From Felis catus (taxonomy: Eukaryota), in NCBI RefSeq assembly GCF_018350175.1, contig NC_058382.1, forward strand, positions 58,964,001-59,028,000: DNA of 64,000 nt, read 5' to 3'. A program made the position numbers and the translations under genes. Positions 29,810 through 42,434 of this stretch are shown piece after piece. The notes below the pieces were generated by a model that made no database searches, was not told the origin of the DNA, and saw only the letters and a list, made by a program, of their open reading frames with translations. Positions within the stretch are counted from its first letter, which is position 1, and each line of letters begins with the position of its first letter.

Positions 29810-31987
29810 CTGCAAACAGAGACGTGGGCCTGAATGCTTCCCGGGCGGCGAGCAGCTGGCCCCCTCACAGTCCACGGGCGAGGAGCTCGCAGGAGGCAAA
29901 CTCGTGCCCTACGACAGGCACACGGCATCGTGGGAGCGGCATTGAGGATAACTTCCCACAGTTTCTGCCCCAGGGAAGATAGCGCTTTGGAAGGGACAGC
30001 ACAAATGAGTAAGGCGGTAATTTCACAATACGGAGCAAATCAGAGGAGTGCCGTGGTTAGAACAGAGGGGGGGAGTCACACGGAACCATGTGCAGACCCC
30101 TGTGCGCCCCGTGACCTCAGCAGGAGGAAGCTCTCTGACCGTCAATGTCGCCATCCGTAAGGCAGAGGCGCTGCCCACGGCCTCGTCAGGCTGGTGTTGG
30201 AACGGAAGGAGATGGCGGAGGTGATGCGCTTCGTGCATGAGATGGGGCCAGCAAGCGTGTGGGGCAGACTCATTAAGTGTGTGACGCTGGGGGCCGCCAC
30301 TGGCACGCAGGGCGTATTCACTCCTGAGACAGGACTCAACCCACACCCACCTAACGTACACACGTTTACACTGAGGGGGCCCGTATTTCAAGAACAGGGG
30401 GGCTGATGTGGTCCTGCGTCTCAGACGTGAAGGGGCACAGATCAGTCCGGCAACCAGATCACGGCCCCGGACGGACCCACGTCCGCGTCCCGCCCTCCAC
30501 TGCTGGGCAGTCGCCGCCACACGGTGACAGCCGTTCTGCCACTCGGCTCTGGCGGCACAGATAATCAGCGCACCCTGACCCGCGTCTGCGCACACTCGCG
30601 GCCCTGAGGCTCTCTCCACGTTGCCATTTTCCCCAGCCAGGAAGACGAGGAAAACCTCCTTCTCGGGTTCCGGTGCGTCATGTTGTAACAGAGCCCGAAC
30701 TCGGCCGTTCAAACCCTCCTGAAGCTCAGCCACGAGCGCTGGCCCAGCTCCGCTCGGGGCCCAGTCACACTTTCAGGGGCGCGCGTGAGGGACCGGCCAT
30801 CTGACCCGGGCCTCAACCCCAGGACGGGAACCGCGCTTACTCTCCCGAACCTACGGCTGCTGTGCGGCTCACCACGCTCCCCGCCGGCTCTGGGAAACGC
30901 GAGCGCGTACCCGTGGCCCGTGCTGCCAGCCGCGGACCATCCCACAGGGTGCGTTTCTGACCGTCTCTCGGTTTTCTACTTTGCATTTCCCTTCGCACTT
31001 TTTTCTACACGTGTCTTATCACCGCACTCTATCACACGGGTTTTTGTGAACCACATCAGATTCTATTTTTGGAATCAAGTTATCGATAAGTGACAATAAG
31101 CGTTCAATTTTTAAACATCCGACTTAAGCAGAAAATCTCTTTTAAAAAGGAGTATCTCTTAATTATACACCTGGCTACAGACACAATTAGCCCACGGTCA
31201 TACACCAGGAGGAAAATCGTGTTTAGGTGACACCTCTGCAGCCTCCACTGAAATGCCCCGTGTGGCAGAGCTGCTGATACACAGCCTTCAGCCAAAACCA
31301 CTGAAGGAATGAATTCTACACCATTTATTGCACGATTCACATTTGACCAGCATTATCTGGCCAGGTGACCATCTTATCCTGCTTATGTTAAAATGATGCG
31401 ATGGAAAAAATAAATAGGAATATCTTGACGCCTTAGTTTTCATTCCCAATAGATTAGGAATCAAAACGAGCGGGGGTCTGTTCCAGGACTCTGAAAAAAG
31501 TCACCAAATTCTATTTCTTCATCTGCAAAACACAAGGCAAATCCCACTACAGGGCAGCCTAGGATAGTATTTACACACTTCCGTTGGACTACACTGTGAG
31601 GCACTCCGGAAAAGCCCGTCCCTGAATTACTCAAGTCGTTATTCAGAACTGCTGAGGCCACTTCCAACTGAAGGGTTCTGCAAATCCCTGAGTCCCCACT
31701 TGCTCTGGTGGCAGTTCAGAAATTGCTAGACACCAGACAGTGACAGGTCAACACGGGGAGGTGTCAGAGGCCAGGTAACTTATTTCCTCTTCCGTTTTAA
31801 CAGGAACTTTACAATCTGCAAACCTGTGCAAGAGAGAAACCGAGCAGCTCAAGTGGAGCCCGTGTACCTGTGGTTTTTCGACGTGGCTCCTGTATCACGG
31901 GACGGCTGGATGCTTGTCCGCTTCTGCTCATCTGGCTTTGCGGAAAATGAAGTTCAGTTCTGTGGGGCACTTTGCGCCCGCACTTAC

Positions 31988-32101
31988 CTGAGAGGTGGCG
32001 CATTTTCTCAAGACGTCCTTCGTTGCGCCGGGCGGCGGCGTGATCTTATTAAATAACCCCATTCTCAGCCGTGGTGTTGGCACCAACAATGTTTTTTTGC
32101 T
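31988..32101 (-). CDS. MTHFSD: MTHFSD exon 4 (114 nt)
   Basis: tttcttttaaa[46 protein letters not shown]. Confidence 0.95.
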
Positions 32102-34842
32102 CTTTTAAAAGAAAGACAATCAACGAATTATAAAGTTAAACCCAGGAACTTCTTGTGTGCATTTTTAACGTTTCAGGCGCAGAGGCAAGTTGCCGTTCCT
32201 GGCATTGTTGGGGAACGACTTCTTTGCATGCCTAATTAAATACAAAGAGTCACTCGGGCCACTGGCCCACCCCACAGCTTGTCATCAAACACGAATTCTA
32301 GTTTCCTTGCCACTCAAAATCGCCAGGCAATGACGATGCAAATGGGCACAGAAGCCCAAGGATTCCAACCAGGCCCTTCCCGTGGCCCCTCCCCAGTGTT
32401 ACACACTCTGTAGGTACAATGCTTTCACTGAGCACCTGCTGCCCGGCCTGAGCCTTCTTTCTGTCCAGCAGATTCCAATCTCATTATAATCGATATTTTG
32501 GATTGACCTGAGTCCACAGCCCCTTTTCTTCTATTTAGTTCCCAAATGCCTTGGTTCTCCAAGTGTGGTCCCCAGCCAGCAGCGGCCCCTGGACGCCTCT
32601 GAGAAATGACCAGAAGCTCAGGGGGCAGGCACACAGGTGACTCTGATGCCCAGGATGGTTCCAGAACCGCTGCCACAAGCATCCCTGCAGATTATGCAGG
32701 GGCAGCCCATGAGCCAACTGTAAACTTATAAAAATCTTTGGTGTAAAAAGAGTATATTTCAGTCTTTGTGCAGGAGATGACAGCCTGAGACCAACACAAG
32801 ACCTATAAAATCGCGGGTTGGCATACTTAAAGCCACGACAGAGGAAATACTTCAACACAAGCCGTGACCACGTGCTCTTTTCGAGTGTGAAAGAGGTCTG
32901 GGTTCATCTGTAGTCTGGAGACGCTGGTGTGCTACATATTATTCTGGTTACTCCCTCTTTTCTGGAAGCTTCTCACCTACCAGCTCAGCGGCTCTCAACC
33001 CTACCTGCGCTTTAAAACCACCTGGGGAGCCGTCTAAGACTTAGCCAAGGCCCAGGGCCACTCAGAGCCTCTCATTCAGAAGGTGACATCGGCAATGACT
33101 AGTTTTCACAGCTCCCTGGGTGGGGCCGACGTGCGGCCAGTGCTGGCCTGGCCAGCGGCTCTCAAAGCACCAGTGGGGTATCTGTTAAAAAGAGGCTCTA
33201 GAAACCGACTGAAGGTCTGGGAAACCGTGTATCCCCAAGAGCAGGCCTCCGTGTCCCCAGGCACGGGCTGTGGCCCCGTGCGCCACCGTCCCTGCCGGAG
33301 CTCAGGAGGTGTGGCAAAGCCTGCAGGTCTACCTGCTTCCCAGGTGATTCTTAAGCTACGGAGTTTCCAGCAACAGCGAGGAGCCGGCGGCCCCAGAGCC
33401 CCAGAGCGCTGGGAGCACACGTGTCTTTTTCACCATCACATCCCCGTGCTCACAACCTGGAATAGAGCAGCTTCTCCAGCGTGGCCATTTCTCTCCCCTG
33501 AAGAGAGAGAGATGTGGAGGATGCTGCTACTCCATCCGCCACGTGGCTGCGCTCCTATAGGACGCTGGGACTAATCTCCAACCCACTAAAGGCTCCGTCT
33601 GACCTTGTGCTGAGGGGCCGACGGTTAAGAACCTCGCACACGAACAGAGCTGGCTCTGCGGTCACGGTGCGGGTCACGATCCCAGCCCCACCACTGCCAA
33701 CGTGGGCCTCGGCCAAGTCACCCGACCTCTCAGGGTCCAGTTTCCTGTGTCACGAGGAGCGGGGGACCTCCCCTACAGGGCAGCTGGTAGGATTTAATGA
33801 GGTGATACAGCCAAGTGTTCAGAGAGAGCTGTGCCCTTGCACACGGCGGGCACTCACTCGCTGCAGGCCCTTCTCTGCTGCTGCAAAAATTACCTCATTC
33901 ATTACAGTGAACTATTGTCCAGGAAAATAAGGCTGGCAAGACAGAATGCTTCCAGAAAAGCCTAAATGGGGGTCTCCCCCTGGGGCTGAACCACAATCAG
34001 CAAACGTGAGGATTGGAACACGAGCCTTGGAAGGGCCAGAGCAGGAGCCCCGCACCCCCTCGGTCCCCGCAAAATCACCTTCGGGCGCTCCCTTCGCCAC
34101 AGGCTGCAGGGCGCCCCCAGGCCCGAGGCCTCGCGGGAGCTGCGGGAAAGCCGGCCTGCAACAAGGGGCACGGCTGCGCAAGGAGCTCCGGAGATCCCTG
34201 TTCACGTTCTCCACGGCGACTGGTCTCAGCAAAACAACAGCCACCATCACCTTGAATCAGTGATGTTACTACCGCTGTTATCCGCATGTTACTGCTTTTA
34301 TGGTTTATACTTAACTTATTTAAGTTTATTTTGGTTTTACGGTTGCATGGGAGCTATGAGCGTTTAAGTTTATACCGTTGTGTTTACACGTACTAAGCTT
34401 GGGAACTGACAGCAACCCTGGGGGAGTTTTTTTTTTTTTTTTTCTTTAACAAGGGCCTACATATTTTAGGAAACGCTGTTCTAATTTGTATATTCTGGAG
34501 ATGTCATCAGATCTCTCACTCACAGGTTATCAAAAATGTCAAAGAATTATGATATAAAAGCAGCAGAAGTAAATAATCTTTCTCTTCTGATGAAGCACAT
34601 CCGATTTAAGAATGCTCGAGGTGACCGTTCTGAACATCTTTTACCTGTGGATTCAGGAACACTCGTGACTTCTGACAAAGGAAAGACACGTGGACCGTTC
34701 TCAAGTAAAACTCCCAGGTTGTCCTGCACTGGAGGGAGTCAGAAGCCCCATCTTCCTCAAGAGAGGCTTGCACACATTTGCAGGCACCTGGAGCCCGCAT
34801 CTCGCCAGCGGCCAGGGCTCTGGCTCAGGAAAACGGGGTTAC

Positions 34843-34956
34843 CTGCAGCGCCAGCAGCCGGATGCCTTCCAGCGGTTTGTCGGGGTCCACTTTAACTTCC
34901 CGTGTTCTGGCAAAAACTTCTAGGTCTCTGATGTTTTGGCAAGCCAGATAAGAGCC
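34843..34956 (-). CDS. MTHFSD: MTHFSD exon 3b (114 nt, mutually exclusive alternative)
   Basis: ct[46 protein letters not shown]. Confidence 0.93.
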
Positions 34957-34988
34957 CTAGTTAGGCAAACAGACAGAGGTGCACTTAC

Positions 34989-35102
34989 GTCGAGGACGAA
35001 GAAGCGAGCGTTTGTCTGGGGAGCGTCAGGATTGACCTTAATGGTTCTGGCCATTGTGAACGCCTGCAAGCGTGGGAGGTGCTCGGCAGCACGGGAAGCA
35101 CC
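34989..35102 (-). CDS. MTHFSD: MTHFSD exon 3a (114 nt, mutually exclusive paralogue of 3b)
   Basis: aacAG|GASRAAEHLPRLQAFTMARTIKVNPDAPQTNARFFVLD|GTAAGT. Same length and phase as 3b and aligns to it without gaps. Confidence 0.88.
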
Positions 35103-35311
35103 CTGTTTTTAAATGCAATTGCGCATTACCGACAGGACGGCCGGATCCTGGGCCTACAGCACGCGCGAGCGAGCGACTGCTCTAGCTTTTCACCCAGACA
35201 GGCGGGGGGGGGGGGGGGCACTAATTCTCAGGCAATATCCAGGAGTCGCCCAGAGAAAAGTCTGGGAAAGCAGTCAGTGTAGAAAGGAGCTAAAAAAGCC
35301 AGCCTCACCCC

Positions 35312-35541
35312 AATTTATTTATTTTTATTTTTTTAATGTTTATTTTCACAGACAGAGAGAGTAAAAGAGAGAGAGAAAGCATGTGCTACAGGGGAGGGGC
35401 AGAGAGAGAGAGGGAGAGCGGGAAACCCAAGCAGGCTCTGCCCTGTCAGCGCAGAGCCAACGTGGGGCTCGATCCCACGAACGGTGAGATCATGACCTGA
35501 GTGGAAATCAAGAGCCAGACGCTGAACCACCCAGGCGCCCC
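35312..35541 (-). mobile_element. CAN-SINE
   Basis: T-rich tail, (GA)n, ...gagatcatgacctgag...ccaggcgcccc. Confidence 0.9.
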
Positions 35542-36535
35542 ATCCCCAGTTTATTTTTAACTGAAATAAGATATACATTCCAAAAAGGCGTAGACATCGT
35601 GTACATTTTGATGAATTTTCACAAAATGAACACGCCTGTGTTTACTACTGCCTAAACCAAAAAAGAGCGGATTACCACCAACTCTCCAAGTTGCTTCCTT
35701 TTTAAACATTTTTTACTGAATCTGTGCACCTTTCTCTTTCTCCTGTACCTCACGGCAATTTCTCTCCCTGGGAAAACAAGCACTAAAACAAAACAAAGCA
35801 GCAACACAAATCATACATAAAGCACGGGTTTTCGAAGCAACAGGGGCTTGTTTCCAAGAGGCCGGGGGTGGGGAGACGAGGTCCAGCCAAAATGGAGGAT
35901 GACGGCAGGAAACGGCCACACATGCTTTGGGCTGACGGGGCATCGGTGTGTTTTCAAAAAGCGCTTTGTCTTTCTTGTGGAAAAGGAGCCGAAATTATGA
36001 GCTGTGTATGTTTGCTCGTCCAAGTAAACTTGTTTCCTGTGAGTGCTACCACACACAGGCATCTCGGATTAGCTTCTATTCTGCACACGGGGAAACTGAG
36101 GCCTGGCATCACCGGGGGCTGCTGAGGCCTTCCTCTCCAAAGAAACTGGCTGGGCTCCCCTCTCAGAGCGCATCACTCGCTGCTGCTCTTAAGGAGCCGC
36201 TTGTGAAAAGGCACCACAATGACATGCTTGCAGCCAGGACAAGTGTCTTACTCCCTGTCAAGGGGTGAACAGGCCCCGTAGCATCAGCTCGCGACAAGAT
36301 GCCACCAACCGCCAACCCCGCGCAGAAGGGCCAGTGGCAGCGAGAGCGAAGCTTAAGTGACTGGGATGAGGGGCGTCTCAAACCAGAGGCCAGGCCAGCG
36401 GCACGGATTTCGCACCACTACTCACTGCCCACCCCACTCGGATCCACCACGAGGCAGGACAGTGACCGCATGACTATCTCGCTCACTCGGGACTCTCCTG
36501 TTTTCCTTCTGAATGCTCCGGGAAGGCTTCAGTAC

Positions 36536-36639
36536 CTTGAAGTTGGGAATCCTGTGATGAACAGGCCAGGGAAAATCCGCTAAGTTTCGGGATTCCATGT
36601 AGTCCCAGATCTGTTCGCGAATGTCCTGTTTGGAAACAC
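36536..36639 (-). CDS. MTHFSD: MTHFSD exon 2 (104 nt)
   Basis: ccatAG|(G)[40 protein letters not shown]. Confidence 0.95.
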
Positions 36640-37340
36640 CTATGGCAACAGAGGGTGGGGGGGGGTTAACGCAGCAGAAGGGAGTCCCGCAGAGGTGCGG
36701 CCGCTCCAGCACGCTCGCGCCAGGCCAAGCCAGCGCTCCTCATCTGCACAGCGAAAAATCAGCGTTAGTGATGAAGTTGCAACAGATTGGTAACGTCCGA
36801 AAACAGAGTAAACTCAAGACAACCCAGGTGTTTAATCCGGCCCTGCTGAAAACAAAACGCAATCCAAGCCCCACGCCCTGTCCTCGCTTGGAAATGCGCG
36901 TGCCGCTGGGTCAAGGCACTGCAATCCTCAGTCTGTCCAGCTTTGCCATGGCCGTGATTAGTGCGCTCGGGCCGTAAATCCAGAAAGCTTGTCTTAAACC
37001 TAAGTGCTTTGTAAACCTATTATTTTGGATTACCAATTACAACCTCCTTTATTAGCGTAGGAATTTCTTTTTTCTATATCCAATTTAGGAAGGTGCATTT
37101 TTGGCAACAAATAATCTTTATTTGAGCAGAGCAGTGTTGATGAAATTTGCATTAACCACGTACTCTTCCTAAGAGTTAAGAACCATAAGGAGCAGTTTCC
37201 GGTTAGGTACCAGCACCTTCCTATAGGCATATTTTTAAGTATTCACTTAATTTCCATTTTTGTTGGTCCAAAAGGATATCCTCGCACTTGCTCAGAAGTC
37301 TGTTTCAAGTCACTTTATCTACCACTTGATCTGTTTTGTT

Positions 37341-37510
37341 TTCTTATTTATTTTTGAGAGAGATACAGAGAGTGAGCAGGGGGAGGTACAGAGGGAGAGA
37401 GGGACACTATATCTGAAGCAGGCTCCAGGCTCTGAGCTGTCAGCACAGAGCCTGATGCAGGGCTCGAACCCACGAACCGCGAGATCATGACCTGAGCCAC
37501 TCAGGTGCTC
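37341..37510 (-). mobile_element. CAN-SINE with a deletion in the head
   Basis: tttatttattttt(ga)n...aagcaggctccaggctctgagctgtcagcacagagcc...gagatcatgacctgagcc. Confidence 0.88.
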
Positions 37511-39885
37511 CGTTGTCTGTTTTCGTAACAATTTGTTGTGCGGCCAGCACTGCGAATGATGAGGCAGGGGACTCCCCATGAGGTCATCTCATGCGCGGGT
37601 ATGCTCTCAACACCAACCTGCCCTAACTGCCAACGAGGGCGAGTGCTTCCTACCCTGTGCCGTCTGAAAGTCGCCGCAGGGACACACATGCATGGTGTTT
37701 AGGGAACACGCATCGCTGTGGCTGGCAGTGAAAGCCGGCCTCTTCTTTTCAGAGAACTTAGATGGTGTCCCTTACAGCTGACAGGAGGTGCCACAGTACT
37801 GTGTGTGGCTGGGACACCTCTCGTCACCTTCCTGGGTGCATACCTGGGGCAGGTACAACTTCACGGGTCCCGAGTCTCCCTTAAATGAGTGCAGGCTATT
37901 GAGAAGCGACCCAAGGGAGCAGCCCAGGATCAGAGAGAACGGGGAGTTGCCTGGATGGGGGGTGGGATGGGGCTGGCAGCTGGCTTCCCCCCATAGACAT
38001 TTCTGAACAGTGTGGCTTTGATTCATGTCAATCAGTCACACTCCAAAAGTTTATCTTTCATAACCGGACACTCTTAACACAGGCAAAGGGGGCTATACTG
38101 ACGAGCCCCTCCCCTGGCCGCCTGCTGGCTACCAGCTCCCTTCCCCCAGGGCGGTCAGTGCACCCCTTGTTTTTTCTCCCGAATTCTTCCCAGGTACGTC
38201 TGGCCCCACACAGGAGACACTTCCTGTCACCACCTCTTCCTAAGGCGGCGCATCACGCAGACAGCCCACACTGCCCCGCACACTGGTGTTTTTGCCGGAC
38301 ATCTGGCAGATGGGCCCATGTGGTATACAGGAGCGCCGCTGTCCTCACGGGAAGCCGCACAGTTTTCCACTCTAGGGACAGGTCAAAATTTACCCAGTCT
38401 CCTTCTGAAGGGCAACGGGTGGTTTCCAACCTCCGGTTACTGACGTGCACTTCGCCACCCGCTGCCCATTTTGCCCCCACGTGTTAACCCCCCACGTGCA
38501 GTTCTAAGGGGTAAGGGCCACAGCCACAGGCTTCCACTAGCCTACACCGTCTGGCTAGGCCTAGAACTCCCCAGCACAGCATTCAGCCCAGTCCCAGAGC
38601 CTCTTGGGGCCACTGCAGGCGCCGCTGGTGCCTCGGGACCCTAGCTGTGCCTCTGGGCCGCTCCAGAAATCGGCGCTGCAGCTGTGGGAGCACTTCGGGA
38701 CCCGCGTCTATAAGACGCAGGCTGAGCTCACGCTGCTGTCAGCCTGGGTGGGGCCACACAGCCAGTTTCCAGCACTTGGCTTGTCTTTCCCGCCGGGAGC
38801 TCTGTTGGCAAGTTGGCTCAGCTCTGTGTCCCTTGGGCAGACCCTCACTCTTCAGGCCTCAGCTTCAGCACCACCTCCAGGAAGCCCGCCCCCTTCCACT
38901 CTGCTCCAGTGTCTGGGGATCTCTTTGTCACAGGGCCACAAGGAGCTCTGGCCTGCAAAGCCTTGCTGCGCACATCAGCCCCATCTCCCACTATTCCTCA
39001 CTTTGGATTCAAAACGTGGCTCTAGCATTGTTGGTCCCTGGTTCCACACACCTGCCCACCTCTCTGCCTCTCAGGACTTGGTACCTCCTCTCCCTTCAGG
39101 GACACACCACATCCCCCTGGAAGTATTTCGAGGGCCCAGTCACAGACAGATGTCCCTCCTTCAGGAACTTGGAGCATCCTGTCTGGTTTTTTCAAACACA
39201 ATTACATTGGCACAACTATAAGATTACTACACTTATCACTTTCACTAACAACCCACAGGTGCTACAGTATCCCCAACACCATGCAGGATGCGGTGTGGGA
39301 CACAGGAAATATAAGAAATTGTGACCCTTGCTCTGGGGAGTCCATCACAAACATCTGAGTGACTCCCATTTAGAAAGCAATGGGCTGGTTGGGAGGTGCA
39401 GGGAGCCTGGAAGGGCACAGGTCCTCAACCCTAACCCTACATGTGGAAGGTTACAGAAACATGGGAGATGATTAGGATAATAAAAGATGACACATATTTA
39501 TGCGTGACATGCCCGAACCCTGTTCCATAACTGCCTATTCACTCCCCTCAACAGGTTGTGGGCCCCGTCCGGTGAGCTAGGGTCTCACTCATCCTCTACC
39601 TCTGGCTCTGAGCTCAGTCCCCGCACTTGGCAGGCATGTGAACTACCGGCACCTGTTTACTGGGCTCTTCACATACTGCACACCTGGGAAGAGCAGAGGT
39701 TTATTTATTCCCAGACCCTGGCTCACCGTGGGCTTTAGTATTGGGTGTTATCTTTGCCAAGAAACCCTGCAACCATCACCAAAGCTCTTCTTCACTAGAG
39801 GAGCCCAGGGGCAATGAAGCAAGTGTCCCCAGTGCCTGGACAGGGCCTGGTGTAGTGACACCTCAGAAAACATTTAAGAGGGCGA

Positions 39886-40053
39886 TTTTTTTTTTAAGTT
39901 TACTTGTGGGGGGCGGAGGGGAGGGGCAGAGGGAGAGAGAGAGAATCCCCAGCGGGTTCCGTGCTGTCAGCGCGGAAAGGGGGGCTTGAACCCATGAACT
40001 GTGAGATCGTGACCTGAGCCGAAATCGAGCCGACTGAGCCCCCCAGGCGCCCC
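39886..40053 (-). mobile_element. CAN-SINE
   Basis: Poly-T tail, ...gagatcgtgacctgagccgaaatc...ccaggcgcccc, flanked by taagagg.cg repeats. Confidence 0.88.
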
Positions 40054-40538
40054 TAAGAGGACGCTGCGAACCGGCGTTTAAGATACATTGCTTTCCAGCC
40101 CCGCCCCTGCAAACCAAGTTAAATTGGTTTCCGGTGAGCCGTAAGCGCAGCTCTCACAGGTGGTAGTTACGACCGGCACGGGGCCCACCGACACCACCAG
40201 GTGCACAGCAAGGAGCCCTCTCTCTCTTCTCCCCATTATCTTTACTCCGCAAGACAGCGTCGGATATCAGGGTCGGAGACCACCGCCGGGTAGACCCCCC
40301 ACGCCCCGCTGGGACCCCTCCGGGTGCCCCCGTCTCTCCGGTGGTCCCCGGCCCATCCCCTCTGGCCCCGCGCGCCTCTCCGGTGGTCTCCCGGCGGCCG
40401 CTCACCTACTCCCCACTCGGACAGTGGGTGACCCGGCGGCCCCTCACCCGCCCGCCCCGTGCCCGTCCGGTGGCCCCTCACTCGCCCCCACGCCTGCCCC
40501 TCTGGTGGGTCCCGCCCGCGTCTCCAGCAGTCCCTCAC

Positions 40539-40554
40539 CGGTCCTCAGCTCCAT
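40539..40554 (-). CDS. MTHFSD: MTHFSD exon 1 coding part (16 nt, MELRT+G)
   Basis: gtcATGGAGCTGAGGACCG|GTGAGG with a good Kozak context, in a CpG island. Phase 1 matches exon 2. Full CDS is 1188 nt = 395 aa. Confidence 0.9.
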
Positions 40555-40599
40555 GACGACGCGGTCGGTGAGCGACGCCTCCAGAGGCGGAGTCGGCGC

Positions 40600-40712
40600 G
40601 GAGTGACGTCATCCGCCCGCGCACTCTCCCCGCGCCTGCGTACTGACTGCAAGGGGGCGGGGCGTCGCCGCGGAGGCCTGATGTGCAGGGCAGGGAGTGC
40701 GCATGCGCGTGC
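40600..40712 (-). promoter_or_regulatory. MTHFSD housekeeping-type CpG-island promoter
   Basis: Palindromic CRE TGACGTCA at 40604-40611, GC box GGGGCGGGGC at 40654-40663, NRF1 consensus TGCGCATGCGCG at 40698-40709. Confidence 0.85.
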
Positions 40713-42434
40713 GTCTCCGCGGGCGGGGTGGAGGGACGTGCGCAGAGAGCCTGGCTCGGTGCCCGGGCTGTCATTTGTTCACGGAGCAAGTCAGTGTTGA
40801 GCGCCCGTTCCCACGGGCGTTTGCAGGGCGCTGGGGCTACCGAGGTGAAGAAGCCCCCGGCCTCTCAGAGCCCACTGCCGATTCCAACACACCCGCCTTC
40901 TTTTCTGTTCCCCCAGAGGCCGCCTCCTCTGAGAAGGCAGCCTTGATGGCTCCTCCAGGATGTGATTCCTCTTCTCTGAGGACATACCGAGAGCATTTTA
41001 AGATGCCAGGTCGCTGGAATGGGACCCACTGCGGGTAGGATCGGGCCCAGCCCGGCCGCTGAGGGAGTCCGATGTGCTCCCTAGGGCCACACTTCGGTGA
41101 ACACCCCTTGGTTTTACCGTGCGTGGCCTCTGGATCTCTAGAGACCGAAAGAACGTGGCAGCCTGCCTTTGCTCGGCAAATAGGGTGTGTCAGTCTAAGG
41201 GCCAGGAACTGGCTGCGGAGACGGCCAAGTCCGAACCCTCTCTAGGCTCCACCCCAGCGGGACCGAAGGAGGGTCAGTTGGCGGGGAATTCAGGCTTTAG
41301 GAAGATGACCCTTCCCAAAAGGAGGCCGTCCCAAACCAAGTCGCCAGTAGCCACCTCCCGAGTGATTGCACAACCTTAGCAGTGGGCCTCCTGCATCATA
41401 AGCTCCAAAGAAGGGGCGGCTACTTTCCAGAAGTCTATACCCAATACTTGCTAAGATCCTGGCAACTGGCAGCACACTTGCAAAATAGGCAAAGCGTTTC
41501 AGCGTCCACCTCCAGATGCGGGAAATGAGGTTCTGGGTGTTCCAGAGACTTCCTCAAGCTCCTACAGAACGGATCCTATGCCCTTTGCCGTCATCAGAGA
41601 GAACATAATTGATGACAGTAGCAAACGCTGCTCCAAATGTGCCTGCCAGGCTCCAGGCTGAGGGCTTCCGAAGTCACACCTGAATGCAGTCCTCACAGCA
41701 GCGGTGGGCAGCAGGGGGCATCCACAGGGAAGGAAACAGACTGGAGATTTTAAGGAGCCTGGCCCAGAGTCGGAGCCGGGAAGAGGCAGCACGTGACGTG
41801 ACCCCAGTGTGCTTCACTACAAACCTTGCGGCTCCTGGCCACACCTCTGCCTTCCTAGGGGGTATTCGTGGCGTTAATACACAAAGACATCAGCAGCCCT
41901 TCGTGCTGCGTGGGGGTGGCCGTGTCTCTTACCGGCTCCCAAAAGGTTATAAAGTACAGAAGGTTATAAAATAGAATCTCTCAGGGAGAGTGGTGTCTTT
42001 TCCCACTTTCGGGAAAACACCATAGATCTGTGGAGAACATTTTATGCAAATTGACCCGGCCCCAGCAGCAGAAATGTGTGCAAGACTCACTGTGCTCAGA
42101 GCATCGGCCAGGGTGCTAAGCCACAGCCCAAGACCCTCAGAAGGGAGGCCTGGAGCATCCCCCAGGCAGTAGCAAGCCACGGGGAACAAACTCCCTCCCT
42201 GGAAATTTCAGAAAGCAGGTGGCACTCCCCAGGCCATTCCCCTTGGCTCCTTTGTTCCATGTTTCCAAATTAGAAGCGCCCCCAAAGCCCAGGCACTTGA
42301 ACGAACAGGCAGTTGTGAAAGAGACGCCCCTTAGAAGAAACTGGCTGGCTTTCCTGTGGAAAGGTATTCTAGAACTTTGACCCAATGCTTCAGACTCAAT
42401 CATATAGGTACACTTGCCCCTGGGTCCCTTGACA

